DNA of 64,000 nucleotides from an uncultured Anaerolinea sp. (GTDB lineage Bacteria; Chloroflexota; Anaerolineae; Anaerolineales; UBA4823), in the NCBI GenBank assembly GCA_964531975.1, contig CAZHFU010000001.1, forward strand, positions 11,051 through 75,050. Direction: 5' to 3'. A program made the translations under genes and the position numbers. Below the pieces are notes generated by a model. The model saw only the letters and a list, made by a program, of their open reading frames with translations, was not told the origin of the DNA and made no database searches. Every line of letters begins with the position of its first letter. Within the stretch, counting starts at the first letter, position 1. Positions 26,851 to 36,549 of this stretch are shown here, piece by piece.

Positions 26851-29628
26851 TTACCCTGCGCTCACTTTTACGGCGCAAATCTTGAACTCGGGTATCTTGG
26901 CGGTGGGGTCAAGGGCTGCCAGGGTGAGTTCGTTGGCGCAAGCTTCGGGGAAGTGGAAATTGGCGAAGACCATTCCGGGCGGAACCCGCTCTGTGACCCA
27001 GGCCTGCGCTTCGATTTTACCCCGGCGCGATTCCACACGCACAGGTTGTCCATTATCCAGGCGCAGATGGGCGGCGTCGCTGGGGTTAACTTCTATTAAC
27101 GCTTCTCCATAGACTTCCATCAGGCCCGCAGCGCGGCGGGTCATTTCGCCGCCGTGCCAATGGTACAAAACGCGCCCGGTGGATAGCAGCATGGGGTAGG
27201 CGTCGTCGGGCATCTCTTGCGGAGGAATATGTTCGATGGGGGCAAACTTGCCTTTGCCGCGTGTAAATTGGCCTACATGCAGAATGGGTGTGCCCGGGTG
27301 GGTGACATCTTTCACCGGCCAATGCAGGCGGTCGCCATTTTCCAGGCGCGGATAGGTGACGCCGGCGTAGGAGGGGGTGAGCGCGGCGATCTCGTTCAGC
27401 ATGGCGTCTGGGGCCGGGTAGACCCAACCAGCAAAGGGGGCCGATGGGTCTACCGTGCGGGTGGCGCTTTTTGCCAGGATGCGCTGGGCGATGGAGGCGA
27501 TGATCTGCCAATCGGGCAGCGCCTGGCCGGGAGGAGCCACGGCGGGGCGAACTAGCTGGATGCGCCGCTCGGTATTAGTGAACGTGCCATACTTCTCGGC
27601 GAAACTGGCCCCGGGCAGCAGCAAATCGGCATAGGCGGAGGTTTCGGAGGGGAAGATTTCTTGCAGGGCGATAAACTCGCATTCTTCCAGACATTGGCGA
27701 ATGTGCTGGCTGTTGGGGTCGCTCATCACCGGGTCTTCGCCCAAGATATAGAGGGCTTTGATCTTTCCGGTCTCGATGCCGGGGATCATTTCGGTCATAG
27801 TCAGGCCCACTTTATCCGGCAGGGAGACGCCCCAAGCGGCCTCAAATTTCTGACGAGACGCCTCTGCGGTGACGGGTTGATAACCGGCATAAACGTTCGG
27901 CAAGCCGCCCATGTCGCAGGCGCCTTGCACGTTGTTTTGTCCACGCAAGGGGTTCACGCCGCCGCCGGGAATGCCCAGGTTGCCAAGCAGCATTTGCAAG
28001 TTCGCCAGGTCCATTACATTGCGCACCCCCACAATGTGCTGGGTAATGCCCATCGCCCACATTACCGCCATGGGGCTGTTTAAGGCCAGGATTTCGGCGG
28101 CTTCGTAAAGTTTTTCCACCGGCACACGCGTAATGGCGCTTACGTTTTCAGGGGTGTATTCTTCCAGCACCGCTTGAAATTCCTCAAATCCCTCGGTGCG
28201 GGCATCGATGAAGGCCTGGTCTTGCCAGCCTTTCTTTAAAATGATATGCATGAGGCCGTTGATTAGAGGGATATCTGTGCCGGGGCGATGCCGCAAATGC
28301 AGGGTTGCAAATTCAGTAATATCGATGCGGCGGGGGTCGGCTACTACCAGTTTGACGCCGCGGCGAAGCACCGCCTGGCGGATCATTGCGCCGAACACGG
28401 GGTGTTGTTCGGTGGTATTTGAGCCAATGATGAACATGGAGGCGGCATGCTTAGCGATGTCTTCCATCGTGTTAGTCATTGCGCCCGAACCAAAGGAGGC
28501 GGCCAGACCGGCCACCGTGCTAGAGTGTCAGAGACGAGCGCAGTGATCGATATTGTTCGTACCGATGACTTGCCGCGCCAGTTTGTTCATCAGGTAATTT
28601 TCTTCGTTCAGACATTTGGCAGAGCAGAGCACTCCGATGCTATCGGGGCCATGTTGATCCCTGGCGCCGCCCAGTTTGTCGGCCATCAGGTTGAGAGCGG
28701 TATCCCAATCAATCGCCACCCAATCGCCGCGTCCATGGGGGCGGGGTGTGCCTTCGAGCAGGTAGCGGCGCGCCATCGGCTGGGTGAGGCGTTCGTGGTG
28801 GTGGATAAAATCGTAGCCGTAGCGGCCCTTGACGCATAAGTGATTGCCATTTACGGTTTCGCCAGGATGACTGGTGACCCGAATGACGCGCCCGCCGGGC
28901 ACATCGTCTTTCATGTTCAGGTCTAGCTGGCAGCCCACGCCGCAGTAGGTGCAAGTGGTGGTAACTTTGCGGTCGGCCTGGCCGGCAGACATTGACATTT
29001 TATTGTTGAGCGCGCCGGTGGGGCAGTAGGCTACGCACGCCCCGCACGATTCGCAGCGGGCGTCTAGTAAGGTTTGCCCGGCTCCTGCGGCCACATGTGT
29101 GCCGAAACCGCGCCCCGCCAAGGTCCACACAAAGCGGCCTTGCACTTCGGCGCAGGCGCGAATACAACGTGTACATACAATACATTTGTTTAGATCTACC
29201 CATAAAAATGGGTTGGGGTCGCTATCCACCACATGGATAGGGTGATCGAGCATATAGTCTTTTGGATCGAGGCCATAATAATGCACCCAGTGCATTAGTT
29301 CGGTTTCGCCCTGGCAATCATCGTAGCCCGCGTCGTAATAATTGGAAAGCAGCATTTTTAGGATGACCCGGCGCGAATCTGCCAGGTCTTCATTTTCGGT
29401 CGTGACTTGCATGCCCTCCTGAACCTCCAGGGCGCAGGAGGCCATCGGCGTGCGCCAACCTTTAACATCGACCACACACAGGCGGCAGCCGCCGTAGGGC
29501 GTCAGATCGGGGTGATCGCACAAAGTCGGTATGGTAATGCCCGCCGCTCTGGCGGCGCTTAGCACCGTGGACTTTGGTTCTACTTGGATTGTCTTACCGT
29601 CAATCGTCAATGTAACAAGTTTATCCAT
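26851..29628 (-). CDS. fdhA: selenocysteine-containing formate dehydrogenase alpha subunit (NuoG-type N-terminal Fe-S domain plus Mo/W-bis-PGD domain); UGA-Sec at 28528..28530
   Basis: Track ORFs 28528..29628 and 26851..28515 are in the same frame. The junction reads [29 protein letters not shown], the FDH active-site context. The N-terminus has a 2Fe-2S motif (CDHPDLTPYGGCRLC), two 4Fe-4S motifs (CIVCTRCIRAC, CESCGACVAYCP) and CTYCGVGC. The catalytic Arg context LRGQNNVQGACDMG is present. An AGGAGG RBS precedes ATG 29628. Confidence 0.88.
28498..28516 (-). promoter_or_regulatory. SECIS-like hairpin downstream of the in-frame UGA
   Basis: On the minus strand, 11 nt after the UGA: GGUGGCC (28516-28510), loop GGUCU (28509-28505), GGCCGCC (28504-28498). 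This gives a 7-bp stem including one G-U pair. The loop resembles the GGUC apical loop of the E. coli fdhF SECIS, as I recall it. Confidence 0.7.
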
Positions 29629-29722
29629 GGGACCTCCTAAAACACCGGATGAGTGAATTATATTGTATGTGACCTGGGAAGCCGGGGTTAGTGGTAAAGC
29701 TCCTAATAATAGAGAACAAATA

Positions 29723-30184
29723 TCATATTAGGATCAATTCTAAGGCTTGATCCAGGCGAGCTTGCGCGGTGGGACTAAGGCCGCGTTTGAAACCGAAGTT
29801 TTCGCCCTTAATGGACACCAGGCGTCCGGCGGGGCGGGATTGGAAGACCTGCTGAGTGATGGAAAGCAGCATTTCGGGGGTGAGGTGGTGGGTGAGAGGG
29901 CTGGTTTGTAAGGCCGGCTGCACCTCAACCACGCGTACGTCTTCCGCGTAAGCGCCGGTGTGGGCGTCTACAAAAATCACTTCATCATACGCGGCTATGT
30001 CTTCGCTCATTTCAGGGGTTAATTGGAGAACAAACCATAAGTCGGGGTCTAAGCCAATGGGGGAAAAGCCCTCTTCAACGGTAGAGCTGGGGCGGCCTAA
30101 ACGCTCGGCGATTTGCAGAAGAGCATACCAGGCCAATCCGTCGTCTTCGCGGTCGGGGTTGCCAAAACCAATAATCAGTTTCAT
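29723..30184 (-). CDS. hoxW: [NiFe] hydrogenase maturation endopeptidase
   Basis: N-terminus MKLIIGFGNPDREDDGLA (typical GNxxxxDDG protease motif), ~153 aa. I trimmed the start to ATG 30184; the track's 30286 adds 34 atypical residues. Confidence 0.85.
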   Translation of the reverse strand: MKLIIGFGNPDREDDGLAWYALLQIAERLGRPSSTVEEGFSPIGLDPDLWFVLQLTPEMSEDIAAYDEVIFVDAHTGAYAEDVRVVEVQPALQTSPLTHHLTPEMLLSITQQVFQSRPAGRLVSIKGENFGFKRGLSPTAQARLDQALELILI

Positions 30185-30347
30185 CGCAGCGTATTTATCC
30201 AGATGTGGAAAGCGGCGCAGGCCTATCGGTTGCCTGAACCACTTCCGCTCATTTCCATCGGTTTGCCGGAGTGATTGGCGAGACAAAACGAGTGGGGGCT
30301 GTTCAATATCTGGAAATTGAACAGCCCCGCGGGAAGGTTTTATGAAG

Positions 30348-31772
30348 TTATCGCGCCAGTTCGTCGATCACGCGCCCGGTGGGATCGAGCATTTCGATTT
30401 GGATCGGCATTTGACCAGCGGCATGGGTGGAGCAAGACAGGCAGGGGTCGTAGGCGCGCACCGCCGCCTCAACCCGGTTGAGCATGCCTTCGTGGATCTT
30501 GGGGCCGGTGATGTAGGTTTTGGCGACGCTATCTACGGCTTCGCACATGGCCCAGTTGTTATGGCCGGTGGCTACAATCAGGTTAACTCGTTCGAGCTGG
30601 CCTTGGTCGTTAGCCCAGTAGTGATGGAACAGGGTTCCGCGCGGCGCTTCCAACACCCCTACGCCCACGCCCTGGTAATTTTGCACCGTGTTGAGAATAT
30701 CGGTGCTGAGCGTATCGGGATCGTTCAAGATCGCCTCGATGCGTTCGAGGGCGAAGATCACTTCGATCAGGCGGGCATAGTGGTAGTAGAGCGTATTTTC
30801 CACCGGGCGGCCTGGATTGAGCGCCTTGAATTTTTGCAGCTCGGCGTTCGCCAGGGGTGTGTCGATGCTGTCGCAGGCGTTCAGGCGGCCCAGCGGCCCA
30901 ACCCGGTAGACGCCTTGCGGGAAGCCCATCTTCTTGTAGTAGGGGAACTTGAGGTACGACCAATCTTGCACCCGTTCTGCAATGTAATCCAGGTAGTTAT
31001 CGGCGTTGAATTTCTCTAGCTGAACACCATTTTGATCAACCAGGCGCACATCGCCCTGGTAAAGCTCCAGGCTGTTGTGGGGGGTTACCAGGCCCATATA
31101 GCCGGTAGAGAAGACGGCGAACTTATTGATATCTTCGGCGTTCTTTTCCGCCCAGTCTTTGATAATCTGGACGCCGATTTGGGCAGTGGCAATGTTTTCC
31201 GCCACGTCGGCCAGGAGAAGGTCGCGGTCGGCCTGGCTGAGGGCCTTGTTGACCCCCCCGGTGATGGCGAAGTTGGGGTGAATGCGCCGCCCGCCCAAAA
31301 CGCGGATGACGTTTTGGCCGAATTTGCGCAGGCCGATGGCCTTTTTGGCAAGCTCGGGGTTAATGGAGGCCAGGCCAATCACATTGCGCACGGCCGGGTC
31401 GGCGTCGAAGCCCAGCAGCAGATCGGGGCCGGCCAGCTCGAAGAAGTGCATGCCGTTGGACTGCACAATCTGGCCCATGTGCATCAGCTCGCGCAGCAAG
31501 TTGGCCGGGCGCGGGGGTGGGCAGCCGTACACCTCATCGGCAGCCTTGGCCGCCGCTAGGTGATGGCTCACCGGGCAGATGCCGCAGATGCGAGGGGTGA
31601 TGGAGGGCATTTCGATGACCAGGCGGCCTTCGCAAAACTTTTCGAAGCCGCGGAATTCGTTAATATGCAAGTAAGCATGATCAACCTGGCCGGCGTCATT
31701 CATGCGAATGGTGACCTTGGCGTGCCCTTCGATACGGGTCACGGGTTCAATGGTAATTTTTTGCATCGTCAT
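30348..31772 (-). CDS. hoxH: [NiFe] hydrogenase large subunit, group 3 (Hox-type)
   Basis: The N-terminal Ni-binding motif is [10 protein letters not shown]. The C-terminal motif DPCLSCSTH is followed by a 24-aa extension that serves as the endopeptidase substrate. PVTRIEGH lies near the N-terminus. Start ATG 31772 has an AAGGTGG RBS; the track uses GTG 31781. Confidence 0.92.
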   Translation of the reverse strand: MTMQKITIEPVTRIEGHAKVTIRMNDAGQVDHAYLHINEFRGFEKFCEGRLVIEMPSITPRICGICPVSHHLAAAKAADEVYGCPPPRPANLLRELMHMGQIVQSNGMHFFELAGPDLLLGFDADPAVRNVIGLASINPELAKKAIGLRKFGQNVIRVLGGRRIHPNFAITGGVNKALSQADRDLLLADVAENIATAQIGVQIIKDWAEKNAEDINKFAVFSTGYMGLVTPHNSLELYQGDVRLVDQNGVQLEKFNADNYLDYIAERVQDWSYLKFPYYKKMGFPQGVYRVGPLGRLNACDSIDTPLANAELQKFKALNPGRPVENTLYYHYARLIEVIFALERIEAILNDPDTLSTDILNTVQNYQGVGVGVLEAPRGTLFHHYWANDQGQLERVNLIVATGHNNWAMCEAVDSVAKTYITGPKIHEGMLNRVEAAVRAYDPCLSCSTHAAGQMPIQIEMLDPTGRVIDELAR

Positions 31773-31803
31773 AATTTCCACCTTCTCTCAATACCAGTCA
31801 GGT

Positions 31804-32346
31804 TTAGTGCCAGTGGAGCAGCTCGCCCTTGAGTTCGGGCTTGCGACCTTGGGCCAGTTCGCTTAACACATAGAAGATAACATCGGCTTCGGGCGGGCAG
31901 CCCGGCACACTAATGTCTACCGGAACGACTTCGTGAATGGCGCGCACCGGGGTCATTTCGGCTAATTCAGGATCGGAAGGGATTTGCCCCACGCCGTCGG
32001 TGCTTTCTGTCTCCAGGTAAGCGCGGTTGAGCGCTTCTTGCATGCCACAGAAATTGCGCAGCGCAGGCACACCGCCAAACACGGCGCAGTCACCTAAGGC
32101 GACCAGGATCTTGGAGCGGGCGCGCATTTTGCGGGCCACTTCTTCGTTGGCGGAATTGTTGATCCCGCCTTCGAGAATGCCCACGTCCACCCCGTCTTCG
32201 TCCGGCTCTTTCAAATCGGTGATGGGGGTAGCGCGTATATCGGCCAATGCAGCCACTAACAGCAGACGTTCATCCATATCAAGCAGCGACATATGGCAGC
32301 CGGCGCATCCGGCCATCCAGTCGCTTGCAATTTTAGGTTTTGCCAT
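31804..32346 (-). CDS. hoxY: [NiFe] hydrogenase small subunit, group 3 (single proximal 4Fe-4S type)
   Basis: 180 aa. The Cys ligand contexts are GCAGCHMS, GDCAVFGG and PGCPP, and there is no Tat signal. Confidence 0.9.
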   Translation of the reverse strand: MAKPKIASDWMAGCAGCHMSLLDMDERLLLVAALADIRATPITDLKEPDEDGVDVGILEGGINNSANEEVARKMRARSKILVALGDCAVFGGVPALRNFCGMQEALNRAYLETESTDGVGQIPSDPELAEMTPVRAIHEVVPVDISVPGCPPEADVIFYVLSELAQGRKPELKGELLHWH

Positions 32347-32372
32347 GATTTCGGTATCCTTCCTGTTTACCG

Positions 32373-34316
32373 TTAATTGATTTGCAGCGCTACCGGCGAC
32401 ACACGGCGCAGCAAAGCGTTCTTCCAGTCGTCGCGGGTAGGAATATTAAGCATCATGCTCAGGTTGGCGAGCGTTTGGGCGGTGGTGGGCGCATCGTCGG
32501 GAGCTTGAATAACGGCCCTGGCAGCTTGCAAACGTCCATCGAGGTTGAGGTAATGGCCGGTTTGTTCATTCCAGGCGACGGTAGGCAGCACCACATCGGC
32601 CATTTCCGTGGCAGGCGAGGCATAAACAGCCTGAACCACTTTGAAGGGCGCTTTTTCGATGCGGCCCAGCAAGCGGGAGGTAGCGTAGTCGTCGGCCAGG
32701 GCCAGGAACACGGCCTGCTGTCCGTTAATTGAAAAGACTTTATCCAGGCCATATTGTGCAGCAGCCAGGCTGTTGGCTTCGCCCTTCATGCTCAAGAGGG
32801 CGCAAGTTTTGCCCAGGGCGCGCAGATCTTCAACCAGGCCAAACACCGAGCGCAGCGCGTTCATATCGGTTTGAGCGGTGAGGCCCTTGCCGTAGATGAC
32901 CACCGGGCGTTGGGCGGCGAAGATAGCCGCGCCCAGTTTCTCGGCGGTGGTTTGGGCTTCTGCCGCACAACCGGCGGATAGATTTTTGATGTATTGGCGT
33001 ACGCTTTCGATGACGGCTGAATCTTGCCCGGCTTCGGGTTCTAACACCATGCGGGCGACTGCCTTCATGCTGTTCTTGCCGGGGTCAATCACGGCCAGGG
33101 GTACATTGTTGGGCAGCAATCGCTTGATGAAGAAGCCGGCCACCTGGTGGCTGGAGGTTAAGTCGGCGCCAATGACGACCGCCATATCGGTATCTTTCAA
33201 ACTATCGAGGCGGCTTTCGTAGGGGCAGCCCAGGGCTTCAGCCATGCGAGACGCCCCGGCGGTGGGGTAGCCTTCTTCTATGCTGGTGACCATGGCGCTG
33301 CCCAATCCTTCGGCGAACAGATTGCGGAAGGCGAAGAGGGCTTCTGCGGGTAGGCGAGTGGAGGCGATGGCCGCCACGCCATCGCCATTCCGCCCGGCCA
33401 GGGGGGCCAGCCTGGCGGCTACCAGGCTCATGGCTTCATCCCACGTGGCGGGCTGCAGCGCCCCATCCTTACGCACCATGGGGGTGGTAATGCGCTTGCG
33501 CATGTCTTTCATGGGGTCAAAGCGACCTTTTTCGCATATTAACCCCTGGTTGAGGGCTGCGTCCCAATCGCCTTCGATGCGGGTGAGCTGGTTGTCGCGC
33601 GTCCATAGGGTGACCCCGCAGCCCACCGAGCAACCGACGCAGGTGGAGCTTTCGGCTTCCCAATTTCTGCGATGGCCTTTGTAGGCGCTGGCGCGGTCGA
33701 TGATGGCGCCGGTGGGGCACACCTGGGCGCACATGCCGCACGAAATGCACGACGATTGCCCTAAAGGCAGACCGAAATCTGCGGTGATGAGCGTGTCGGT
33801 TCCGCGTTCGCTGGCGGTTAAGGTGAAGTTGCCCACCAGGTCGGAACAGGCGCGGATGCAGCGGCGGCAAAGGATGCAGCGGTTGTGATCCAGCACCAGG
33901 TCGGCGTGGCTGGCGTCTAGTTCGAACTTCTTCCACTGGGGCGGGAAGTCCCAGGAGGTCATGCCTTCATGGTAGGCGGCATTTTGCAATTCGCAATCGC
34001 CGCCAGAGACCTGGCAGAAGGGGCAGAAGTGATTGCGTTCGCTAAACAGCATATCCAGGATGAACTTGCGCGAAGTGCGCAGGTTTACGGTGTCGGTCTC
34101 AACTACCATGCCATTTGCTACCGGAAGTGTGCATGAGGCGGTGGGAGCGCGCCAGCCTGCAATCTCTACGATGCACAAGCGGCAGCCGCCAAAAGGCTTC
34201 ACTGCGGGGTGGTCGCACAGGGTGGGAATTTCGATGCCGGCCTGGCGGGCAGCTTGAAGAACGGTGGTTCCTTCAGTGGCTTCAATTACTTTACCGTTAA
34301 TGGTTATTTGAACCAT
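32373..34316 (-). CDS. NuoG-like Fe-S subunit in the HoxU position (degenerate formate-dehydrogenase-like C-terminal domain)
   Basis: ~647 aa. It has 2Fe-2S (CDHPAVKPFGGCRLC), a His-ligated 4Fe-4S (HFCPFCQVSGGDC), two 4Fe-4S (CILCRRCIRAC, CISCGMCAQVCP) and CVGCSVGC...C. A molybdopterin-oxidoreductase-like domain follows but lacks the CARLUH active-site segment. Start ATG 34316 follows a GAAGGAG RBS. Confidence 0.85.
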   Translation of the reverse strand: MVQITINGKVIEATEGTTVLQAARQAGIEIPTLCDHPAVKPFGGCRLCIVEIAGWRAPTASCTLPVANGMVVETDTVNLRTSRKFILDMLFSERNHFCPFCQVSGGDCELQNAAYHEGMTSWDFPPQWKKFELDASHADLVLDHNRCILCRRCIRACSDLVGNFTLTASERGTDTLITADFGLPLGQSSCISCGMCAQVCPTGAIIDRASAYKGHRRNWEAESSTCVGCSVGCGVTLWTRDNQLTRIEGDWDAALNQGLICEKGRFDPMKDMRKRITTPMVRKDGALQPATWDEAMSLVAARLAPLAGRNGDGVAAIASTRLPAEALFAFRNLFAEGLGSAMVTSIEEGYPTAGASRMAEALGCPYESRLDSLKDTDMAVVIGADLTSSHQVAGFFIKRLLPNNVPLAVIDPGKNSMKAVARMVLEPEAGQDSAVIESVRQYIKNLSAGCAAEAQTTAEKLGAAIFAAQRPVVIYGKGLTAQTDMNALRSVFGLVEDLRALGKTCALLSMKGEANSLAAAQYGLDKVFSINGQQAVFLALADDYATSRLLGRIEKAPFKVVQAVYASPATEMADVVLPTVAWNEQTGHYLNLDGRLQAARAVIQAPDDAPTTAQTLANLSMMLNIPTRDDWKNALLRRVSPVALQIN

Positions 34317-34364
34317 ATGATGCACTCCTTCGACGTGATAAACACTTTGATTAATTTGTTTTAT

Positions 34365-36014
34365 TTAAGCGTGTTGAGGCACGGCCTCTTCGGGCGTCAT
34401 GGCGCATACACCCGTGGGGCAAACGCCCAGGCGAATGTGCGCTTCCACTTCGGTGCGAAAATGCTTGAGCATATCTTTAATCGGGGTGGAGGCGGTTTGG
34501 CCCAGGCCGCAGTTGGAAAGCCGTTCCATCTGCTCAATAATGGGGTTCAGGCTGCCCAAGTCTTCCAGCGTGGCCTGGCCTTCGGTGATGGCCTTAACAA
34601 TATCGAAATTGCGCTGCGTGCCGATGCGGCACGGGGTGCATTTACCGCAGCTTTCAAAGCGGAAGAATTGCAGCAAAGTTTTCACCAGGTCTACCACGCA
34701 GGTCTCGTCATTGCAGATGAGCAGCGCCCCCGAACCAAGCGAAACGCCGGCTTTGCGGTACGATTCGAAGTCCATGGGGGTATCTTGTAAGGCGGCGGGA
34801 ATAAGCGAGCCGCTTGAGCCGCCGGTCTGCGCCAGTTTAAAGGGCGAGTCGCCTTTCATGCCTTTGGCGTAGATGTTGATGACTTCGCGCAAGGTAATGC
34901 CCATGGGGACTTCGATCACGCCGGTGTTGTTGACATTGCCGAAGATCGTGTATACCTTTGTACCTGGGCTGGAAGGGGTTCCAAACTGGCGATACCAGGC
35001 TCCTCCATGACGAAGGATGGGCGGTACGTTGGCGAGGGTTTCGACATTGTTTACCAGGGTGGGTTTACCCCATAAACCATGGGTGGTGGGGTAAGGCGGG
35101 CGAGAACGCGGTTCGCCGCGCTTGCCTTCAATCGATTCGATGAGGGCGGTTTCTTCGCCGCAGACGTATGCGCCGGCCCCTGAATGGACATGCACATGGA
35201 AGTTGAACCCTGAATCGAAGATGTTTTCGCCGAGCAGGCCGTAGGCCTCTGCCTGTTGAATGGCGTGAGCAAAACGCTGCTGCGCCAAGAGATATTCGCC
35301 GCGAATGTAGATATAGCCTTCATCGGCCCCAACACTGTAGCCGGCGATGATGATCGCCTCTAGCACGGCGTGGGGGTCGCTTTCCAAAAGAACGCGGTCT
35401 TTGAAAGTGCCGGGTTCGGATTCGTCGGCGTTGCAGATGACATATTTCTTGCTGCCTGGCGTGCCGGCCACAAACGACCACTTGCGTCCCACGGGGAAGC
35501 CTGCTCCGCCGCGGCCTTGTAGGCCAGAAGCATTGAGTTCATCAATGACTTCCTTGGGGGTCATTTGAGTCAGCGCCTTTGCCAGGGCCTCGTAGCCACT
35601 GTTGGCGATGTAATCGTCTATGTTTTCGGGGTCAATTTTACCGGCGCGTTCGAGGATGATCCGTTGTTCGGCGGGCATTGAACCTTTGCGAGCGTTTAGC
35701 CAGGCAATTCGCCCGGTGAGTTCTCGCTTCGGGGCCAGCAGTTCCTCGGCCACACGACCCTTATAGAGATGTTCTTCGACGATGCGGGTCACATCTTCCG
35801 GTTTGATGGGGCCATATACCACCGCTTCGGGATAAATAATCACCATGGGGGTGGCGTCGCTGCGTCCTACGTCTACGATGGTGGAAAGGGCGATTTCGTC
35901 GCTCAGGCCCAGGCGGTCGATTTCAGACTCTAAGCGGCGGAATACCTCTTCTGAGCCACGCAGCTGACTGCGCGGATCGTTTGAGACTAACACCATTGCG
36001 CGTTTGATTTTCAT
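34365..36014 (-). CDS. hoxF: NuoF-like NAD(H)/FMN/4Fe-4S diaphorase subunit (module 1, no C-terminal ferredoxin domain)
   Basis: It has GLQGRGGAGFPVGRKW (FMN), CNADESEPGTFKDR, ESCGKCTPCRIG and SNCGLG. The N-terminal thioredoxin-like domain has no Cys ligands. Start ATG 36014 has an AAGGAG RBS 5 nt upstream. Confidence 0.9.
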   Translation of the reverse strand: MKIKRAMVLVSNDPRSQLRGSEEVFRRLESEIDRLGLSDEIALSTIVDVGRSDATPMVIIYPEAVVYGPIKPEDVTRIVEEHLYKGRVAEELLAPKRELTGRIAWLNARKGSMPAEQRIILERAGKIDPENIDDYIANSGYEALAKALTQMTPKEVIDELNASGLQGRGGAGFPVGRKWSFVAGTPGSKKYVICNADESEPGTFKDRVLLESDPHAVLEAIIIAGYSVGADEGYIYIRGEYLLAQQRFAHAIQQAEAYGLLGENIFDSGFNFHVHVHSGAGAYVCGEETALIESIEGKRGEPRSRPPYPTTHGLWGKPTLVNNVETLANVPPILRHGGAWYRQFGTPSSPGTKVYTIFGNVNNTGVIEVPMGITLREVINIYAKGMKGDSPFKLAQTGGSSGSLIPAALQDTPMDFESYRKAGVSLGSGALLICNDETCVVDLVKTLLQFFRFESCGKCTPCRIGTQRNFDIVKAITEGQATLEDLGSLNPIIEQMERLSNCGLGQTASTPIKDMLKHFRTEVEAHIRLGVCPTGVCAMTPEEAVPQHA

Positions 36015-36041
36015 GCTCACTCCTTTACCCGTTCTACACCG

Positions 36042-36539
36042 CTAGACGTATTTGCTCAAGATTTCAGGCAGCTGATCTGGCGTGACATTGCCATACATAT
36101 CTTCGTCAATCACTACCACCGGGCCAATGCCGCACACCCCCAGGCAGCTGGTCGTTACCAGGGAGAAGCGGTTATCCGGTGTGGTTTCGCCGGCTTTCAG
36201 GGCGAGGGCGTCTTGCAGGGCTTGCCAAACCTGGCGGCCGCCCATGACGTGGCATGGGGCGCTTTCGCAAAACAGTACCACATGCCGCCCGCGAGGCTTG
36301 GTGGAGAGCATATGATAGAAGCTTGCCAGGCCGTAGAGCAGGCTGGTTTGCACGTGCATCCCGTCTTTGCTCGAAAGCAGTTGACGGCGCATTTCGACCA
36401 GCGCTTCACCAGGAATGTACCCGTAAGTGTTGTTGATCTCTAGCAAGATCGGAATGATCGAATCGTGGTGGCGGCCATTCTTTTCGATGGCGGCTTCTAC
36501 AATCGCAGTGAATCCATCTTTGGTCAACATATCGGTCAT
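36042..36539 (-). CDS. hoxE: NuoE-like 2Fe-2S subunit (module 1)
   Basis: The Cys ligand contexts are CESAPCHVMGG and SCLGVCGIGPVV. I trimmed the start to ATG 36539, because AGGAGG lies 6 nt upstream and the track start at 36647 overlaps the preceding gene. Confidence 0.88.
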   Translation of the reverse strand: MTDMLTKDGFTAIVEAAIEKNGRHHDSIIPILLEINNTYGYIPGEALVEMRRQLLSSKDGMHVQTSLLYGLASFYHMLSTKPRGRHVVLFCESAPCHVMGGRQVWQALQDALALKAGETTPDNRFSLVTTSCLGVCGIGPVVVIDEDMYGNVTPDQLPEILSKYV

Positions 36540-36549
36540 GTGCATCCTC

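Noticed and set aside
28516-28527. The apparent 12-nt gap and stop between two molybdopterin-oxidoreductase ORFs, read as a pseudogene break or a two-gene split.
   Set aside because: The stop is a single in-frame TGA at the exact Sec position of FDH active sites (CARL-U-HSS). The frame is conserved and a SECIS-like hairpin follows, so selenocysteine recoding is the better explanation.
29723-30286. Long N-terminal extensions given by the ORF track for hoxW (30286), hoxE (36647), the GHKL ATPase (39484), the CBS-kinase (42270), the metallophosphoesterase (46475) and the NRAMP-like gene (17731).
   Set aside because: In each case the extension overlaps the preceding gene. An internal ATG sits right after the upstream stop or behind a good RBS, and the family-typical N-terminus begins there, so I used the shorter models.
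30348-31781. Possibility that HoxH is a [NiFeSe] large subunit, given Sec use in the same operon.
   Set aside because: The C-terminal motif is DPCLSCSTH with ordinary Cys codons, and there is no in-frame TGA in the gene.
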